Below, one piece after another: positions 60,437-64,000 of a stretch of 64,000 nucleotides of DNA. Source of the DNA: an uncultured Chloroflexia bacterium (GTDB lineage: Bacteria; Chloroflexota; Limnocylindria; Limnocylindrales; CSP1-4). The DNA lies in NCBI GenBank assembly GCA_963707215.1, contig CAVPPB010000001.1:608001-672000 (forward strand). Reading direction: 5' to 3'. A model generated the notes under the pieces. That model was not told the origin of the DNA. It made no database searches and was given only the letters and a program-made list of their open reading frames with translations. Numbering within the stretch: position 1 is the first letter of the stretch; each line of letters begins with the position of its first letter. The translations under genes and the position numbers were made by a program.

Positions 60437-60814
60437 TCAGCCGCCCGGGCGCGCCAGCCAGGCCTTCCAGGTCGCCTCGTCGCGCCCGACGGTGACCTCG
60501 CGACCCCAGCGGACGAGGGGCAGCCGGAGGAGCCTCGGGTCCTCCAGCAGCCGCGCGGCGATCTCGGCGTCGTCGAGGCGGACGTAGCCGAGCCCGGCGT
60601 CCCGGTACGCTCGCCCAGCTTCGTCGAGGAGGGCGCGGGCGCCGAGCCGCTCGGTGAAGCGCCGGAGCTCCCCGGGGGCGATCGTCCGCCGTCGCAGGTC
60701 GACGAAGTGGACGGCGACCCGGCGTTCCTTGAAGAACCGCTGCGCTGCCCGGGTCGCCCGGTCGTCGTCCCGCCCGAAGACCTGGACATCCTGGGCGCCG
60801 CTCGGGCCGGTCAT
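60437..60814 (-). CDS. ArsC/Spx-family protein lacking the N-terminal Cys
   Basis: TRAAQRFFKER, GELRRF, EDPRLLRLPLVR, TVG..E..W; no Cys in the ORF. Confidence 0.8.
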   Translation of the reverse strand: MTGPSGAQDVQVFGRDDDRATRAAQRFFKERRVAVHFVDLRRRTIAPGELRRFTERLGARALLDEAGRAYRDAGLGYVRLDDAEIAARLLEDPRLLRLPLVRWGREVTVGRDEATWKAWLARPGG

Positions 60815-61317
60815 CGGGCAGCCGACTCGTCGTGGTCGCCCGGCTCCAGGACGACGAGGGGGACCGGTCGCCCGGCGCGACGTCGGTACAGGTCGTAGCC
60901 GGGATAGGCGTCCAGGATCCGGACCCAGAGCCGCTCGGTCTCGGCCGCGTCGGCGACACGGGCCCGGATCGGCCATCGATCGCCGCGATGGTGGACCTCG
61001 CCGGCGGGATCGACCCGCAGGTTGCCCCACCAGGCGGGCTCCGTCGGGCGGCCGCCATGCGTCGGAACGACCACCCAGGCTGGCGGGCGGGCATCAGCGC
61101 GGGCCGGGTCGCGGAAGGCGTACAGGGCGGCCTCCCGGCGACGTCCGGTGCGCCGACCGGTCGTGGCGAGGACGATCGTGTCGATGCCCAGCGACCGTCC
61201 CGCGATCCCTCGACCATCGACGCGACGGTAGACCGAGGCATGGAGCCGGCCGAAGGTGCGGTTGGCGAAGAGACGGCCGATCGCCGAGTAGGCGGTCGGC
61301 CCGAGGTCGCGGGCCAT
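60811..61317 (-). CDS. deazaflavin (F420H2)-dependent nitroreductase-family protein (Ddn-like)
   Basis: LATTGRRTGRRR, GG..EPAWWGNL..DP, YPGY..Y..R..RPVPLVVL. Confidence 0.9.
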   Translation of the reverse strand: MARDLGPTAYSAIGRLFANRTFGRLHASVYRRVDGRGIAGRSLGIDTIVLATTGRRTGRRREAALYAFRDPARADARPPAWVVVPTHGGRPTEPAWWGNLRVDPAGEVHHRGDRWPIRARVADAAETERLWVRILDAYPGYDLYRRRAGRPVPLVVLEPGDHDESAAR

Positions 61318-61448
61318 CGCCGAGAGGGTAGCGGCGTGGGCTCGCGGCCGCCGGGCGGCGCCGCAGGACGGCGACGAGGACGGAGCCCGGTGGCGAGGCC
61401 CCGGTCGCGACCCCGGTCGCCGCGCTACGATGGGGCGAGGAGGTCGAT

Positions 61449-61715
61449 GTGACGGTCTGGTTCACGGTCCAGCTCGACGACCGACCCGGGTCGCTGGCCA
61501 GGGTCGCCACAGCGCTCGCGGAGCGACGGGTCAACATCACGGGCATCGTCGGGGTGGCCGAGGATACCGACGGGGCGCTCATGCTCACGACCAGCGACGC
61601 GCCGACCACCAGGGAGGCCCTGGTCTCCCTCGGGGTGGCCTTCGAGGAGCACGACCCAGGGTCAGCCATCACGCCCGAGACGATGTCGGTCGCCGACATC
61701 CGCCGCGGTCGCTGA
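61449..61715 (+). CDS. stand-alone ACT domain protein
   Basis: GAGGAGG SD; [21 protein letters not shown]. Confidence 0.85.
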   Translation: MTVWFTVQLDDRPGSLARVATALAERRVNITGIVGVAEDTDGALMLTTSDAPTTREALVSLGVAFEEHDPGSAITPETMSVADIRRGR

Positions 61716-61725
61716 GGGACAGAGC

Positions 61726-62412
61726 GTGTCGAGGCGCAGCCGCATCAGCACCGTCGCCCTCCGGGTCATCCACCCGGATCATCCGGACGTCATCCCGGCC
61801 ATCGCCGACCGCCTTGGTCGAGCCGGGGCCCGGATCCGGACGCTGGCCACGATCCGCCGGGTCGCCGCCCAGGCGGATCGCCCCGCGGCGGTCGAGTCCG
61901 AGCTGGAGTTCGAGGACCTCGCCGAGGATGCGGCGATCGCCGCCCTCGCGGAGCTCGGCGACCTGGCCGAGATCGTGGCGACCGACCCGGCCCAACGGGT
62001 CTGGGGCAAGCGGATCATCGTCGTCGGCGGCGGGGCCCAGATCGCCCAGGTGGCCCTCGGCGCCGTCTCCGAAGCCGATCGCCACAACCTGCGCGGCGAG
62101 CGGATCTCCGTGGACACCATCCCTCTCGTCGGCGAGGAGGCCATCGCCGGAGCCGTGCGGGCCGTGGCCGACCTCCCCCGGGCCCGCCTGCTGGTCCTCG
62201 CCGGCTCACTCATGGGCGGCGACATCAGCGCAGCTGCCGACGAGCTCCGTGAGCACGACGTCCCGATCATCGCCCTGAACATGGCCGGCTCGATCAGCGA
62301 GCACGTCGACCTCGTCGTCTCCGATCCCGTCCAGGCGGGGACGATGGCGGTCATGGCAGTCGCCGACACGGCGGCCTTCGACCTCGACCGCCAGCGTGGC
62401 CGGCGCTACTGA
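61726..62412 (+). CDS. degenerate ACT + DUF5612 protein (AF1403/MJ1458-like)
   Basis: [77 protein letters not shown]. Confidence 0.82.
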   Translation: MSRRSRISTVALRVIHPDHPDVIPAIADRLGRAGARIRTLATIRRVAAQADRPAAVESELEFEDLAEDAAIAALAELGDLAEIVATDPAQRVWGKRIIVVGGGAQIAQVALGAVSEADRHNLRGERISVDTIPLVGEEAIAGAVRAVADLPRARLLVLAGSLMGGDISAAADELREHDVPIIALNMAGSISEHVDLVVSDPVQAGTMAVMAVADTAAFDLDRQRGRRY

Positions 62413-62419
62413 GGACGCC

Positions 62420-63325
62420 ATGCGGATCGCCACCTGGAACGTCAACTCGCTCAAGGCGCGGCTGCCCAAGGTCGAGTGGTGGCTGGAGCGCTCGGCCCCT
62501 GACGTCCTCCTCCTGCAGGAGACCAAGCTCACCGACGGCGACGCCCCGCTGGTGCCCTTCCGGATGGCCGGCTATGAGCTGCTCCACCACGGCGAAGGTC
62601 GTTGGAACGGGGTGGCCATCGCCGTCCGGGCGGGTCTCGACATCGAGGGGGTCGTGGCCAACTTCGACGGCCGGCCGGTCCGTGACACCTCGACCGGGTC
62701 CACGACGCTGGCCGAGGAGGACTTCGACCCGTTCGACGAGGCCCGGATGCTGAGCGCGGTCGTCGACGGGGTCCGGGTCGCCTCGGTCTACGCGCCGAAC
62801 GGGCGCCAGGTCGGCTCGCCGTTCTACGAGGGCAAGCTGCGCTGGTTCTCCCGGCTGCGGGCCTGGCTCGTCGAGGCACGCGACCCGGGCGAACCCCTGG
62901 TCATCGGTGGGGACTTCAACGTCGCCCCGGCCGACGCCGACGTCTGGGACCCGGCCGCCGCCCACGGTGGGACCCACGTCTCCGAGGCCGAGCGGGATGC
63001 GTTCCACGGTCTGCTCGAGTGGGGGCTCGTGGACGTCTATCGCGCCCTCCACGACGAGCCCGGACGGTTCAGCTGGTGGGACTACCGGGCCGGCAACTTC
63101 CACAAGAACCTCGGCATGCGGATCGATCACCTGCTGGTCAGCGAGCCGGTCGCCGGGCGGGTCGTCTGGGTCGAGATCGACCGAGAGGCTCGCAAGGGCA
63201 AGGACCCGGTCCCGTCCGATCATGCCCCGGTCGTGCTGGATCTCGACGAGCCCGGCCGCCCGTTCGATGCCGGCTGGGCAGGGGCGATGGAGCGGATCGC
63301 CGCCCGGTCGCGGCAGGCCGGCTGA
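62420..63325 (+). CDS. xth: exodeoxyribonuclease III
   Basis: ATWNVNS, LQETK, YAPNG, GDFNV, WWDYR, RIDH, SDHAP. Confidence 0.95.
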   Translation: MRIATWNVNSLKARLPKVEWWLERSAPDVLLLQETKLTDGDAPLVPFRMAGYELLHHGEGRWNGVAIAVRAGLDIEGVVANFDGRPVRDTSTGSTTLAEEDFDPFDEARMLSAVVDGVRVASVYAPNGRQVGSPFYEGKLRWFSRLRAWLVEARDPGEPLVIGGDFNVAPADADVWDPAAAHGGTHVSEAERDAFHGLLEWGLVDVYRALHDEPGRFSWWDYRAGNFHKNLGMRIDHLLVSEPVAGRVVWVEIDREARKGKDPVPSDHAPVVLDLDEPGRPFDAGWAGAMERIAARSRQAG

Positions 63326-63380
63326 CCGGCCCGCCGACCCGGCACCGGAACCACGCGGCTCGATCCGGCGTCTGGGCCGG

Positions 63381-63959
63381 GTGCCGCCCCAGCTCGGACC
63401 CGTCGACTTCGCCCGCCTCGTGGAGGCCCACGAGCGGGCCGTGCTCGCCTACGCCCTGCGCCGCACGACCAGCCGGGCCGACGCCGAGGACGCGGCGGCG
63501 GAGACGTGGGCCATCGCCTGGCGCCGCCGCGATGCGTTGCCCGCCGACCCGCTCCCGTGGCTCTTCGCGACGGCGCGCCGGGTCCTGGCGAACCAGCATC
63601 GGGGCGGCCGACGTCGCCTCGCGCTCGTCGAGCGGATCTCGAGCCTCGTCCAGCGGGCGCCGTCGGAGATGATCGTCGGGGAGCCGCAGGGGCCCGTCGC
63701 ACTGGCCCTCGCCCGGCTCCGTCCCGACGATGCCGAGCTGCTCCGCCTGGTGGCCTGGGAGGGGCTCGAGCACGCGAGGATCGCAGCGACCCTCGGGATC
63801 AGCACGAACGCGGTGGCGATCCGGCTGCACCGCGCCCGGACCCGGTTCGCGGCGGCCTACGCCGCGATCGAGCACGAGGTGAAAGATGGCGGGGCCATCC
63901 GGACACATGGACCGGTGAAGGCCCAGCTCGCCACGAGAGCCGAGGAGCGCGTCGAATGA
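63381..63959 (+). CDS. ECF sigma-70 factor
   Basis: DAEDAAAETW..AWRR, PWLFATARRVLAN, LVAWEGL...IAATLGIS..AVAIRLHRAR. Start approximate. Confidence 0.88.
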   Translation: MPPQLGPVDFARLVEAHERAVLAYALRRTTSRADAEDAAAETWAIAWRRRDALPADPLPWLFATARRVLANQHRGGRRRLALVERISSLVQRAPSEMIVGEPQGPVALALARLRPDDAELLRLVAWEGLEHARIAATLGISTNAVAIRLHRARTRFAAAYAAIEHEVKDGGAIRTHGPVKAQLATRAEERVE

Positions 63960-64000
63960 GCCAGCCACCCGGATCGGGTCCGTTCGAGCAGCTCGTCGCG
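63956..64000 (+). CDS. start of a gene coupled to the ECF sigma (possible anti-sigma), truncated by window end
   Basis: ATGA overlap with the sigma stop, GAGGAG SD upstream; only 15 codons visible. Confidence 0.45.
   Translation, partial: MSQPPGSGPFEQLVA

Overview
A very GC-rich, densely coding stretch of bacterial chromosome. The gene mix suggests Chloroflexota (e.g. a Limnocylindria-like lineage) rather than Actinomycetota, but this is an inference only. In order it holds: the 5' end of gltB; an orphan catabolic-looking cluster (SDR, FAD oxidoreductase, phosphotriesterase-like, core MetE-like, atypical MBL, KDPG aldolase) interrupted by a PLDc_N/SHOCT protein and a K+ channel; a cyanobacterial-type ferrochelatase-like gene followed by an Rph/PigC-type PEP-utilising enzyme, a Ub-Mut7-C RNase, two small proteins and tRNA-Gly(TCC); hydrolases and an ACT/cysteine-desulfurase-like pair; a ~24.5 kb alpha-glucan/trehalose super-cluster (glgA, glgP, two GH57s, PlmA-like GntR, glgX, treY, treZ, glgE, treS-mak, atypical large GH13) with no glgB or glgC; DUF885, lysA, TPM and LysM genes; Ni-SOD sodN-sodX; F420-dependent enzymes beside a MarR-MFS-Rieske operon; an ACT plus archaeal-type DUF5612 pair; xth; and an ECF sigma factor. 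I saw no integrase, transposase, prophage or CRISPR array. Many genes appear leaderless (TAnnnT-N6/7-start). All family assignments come from motif recognition by eye; no database searches were run.
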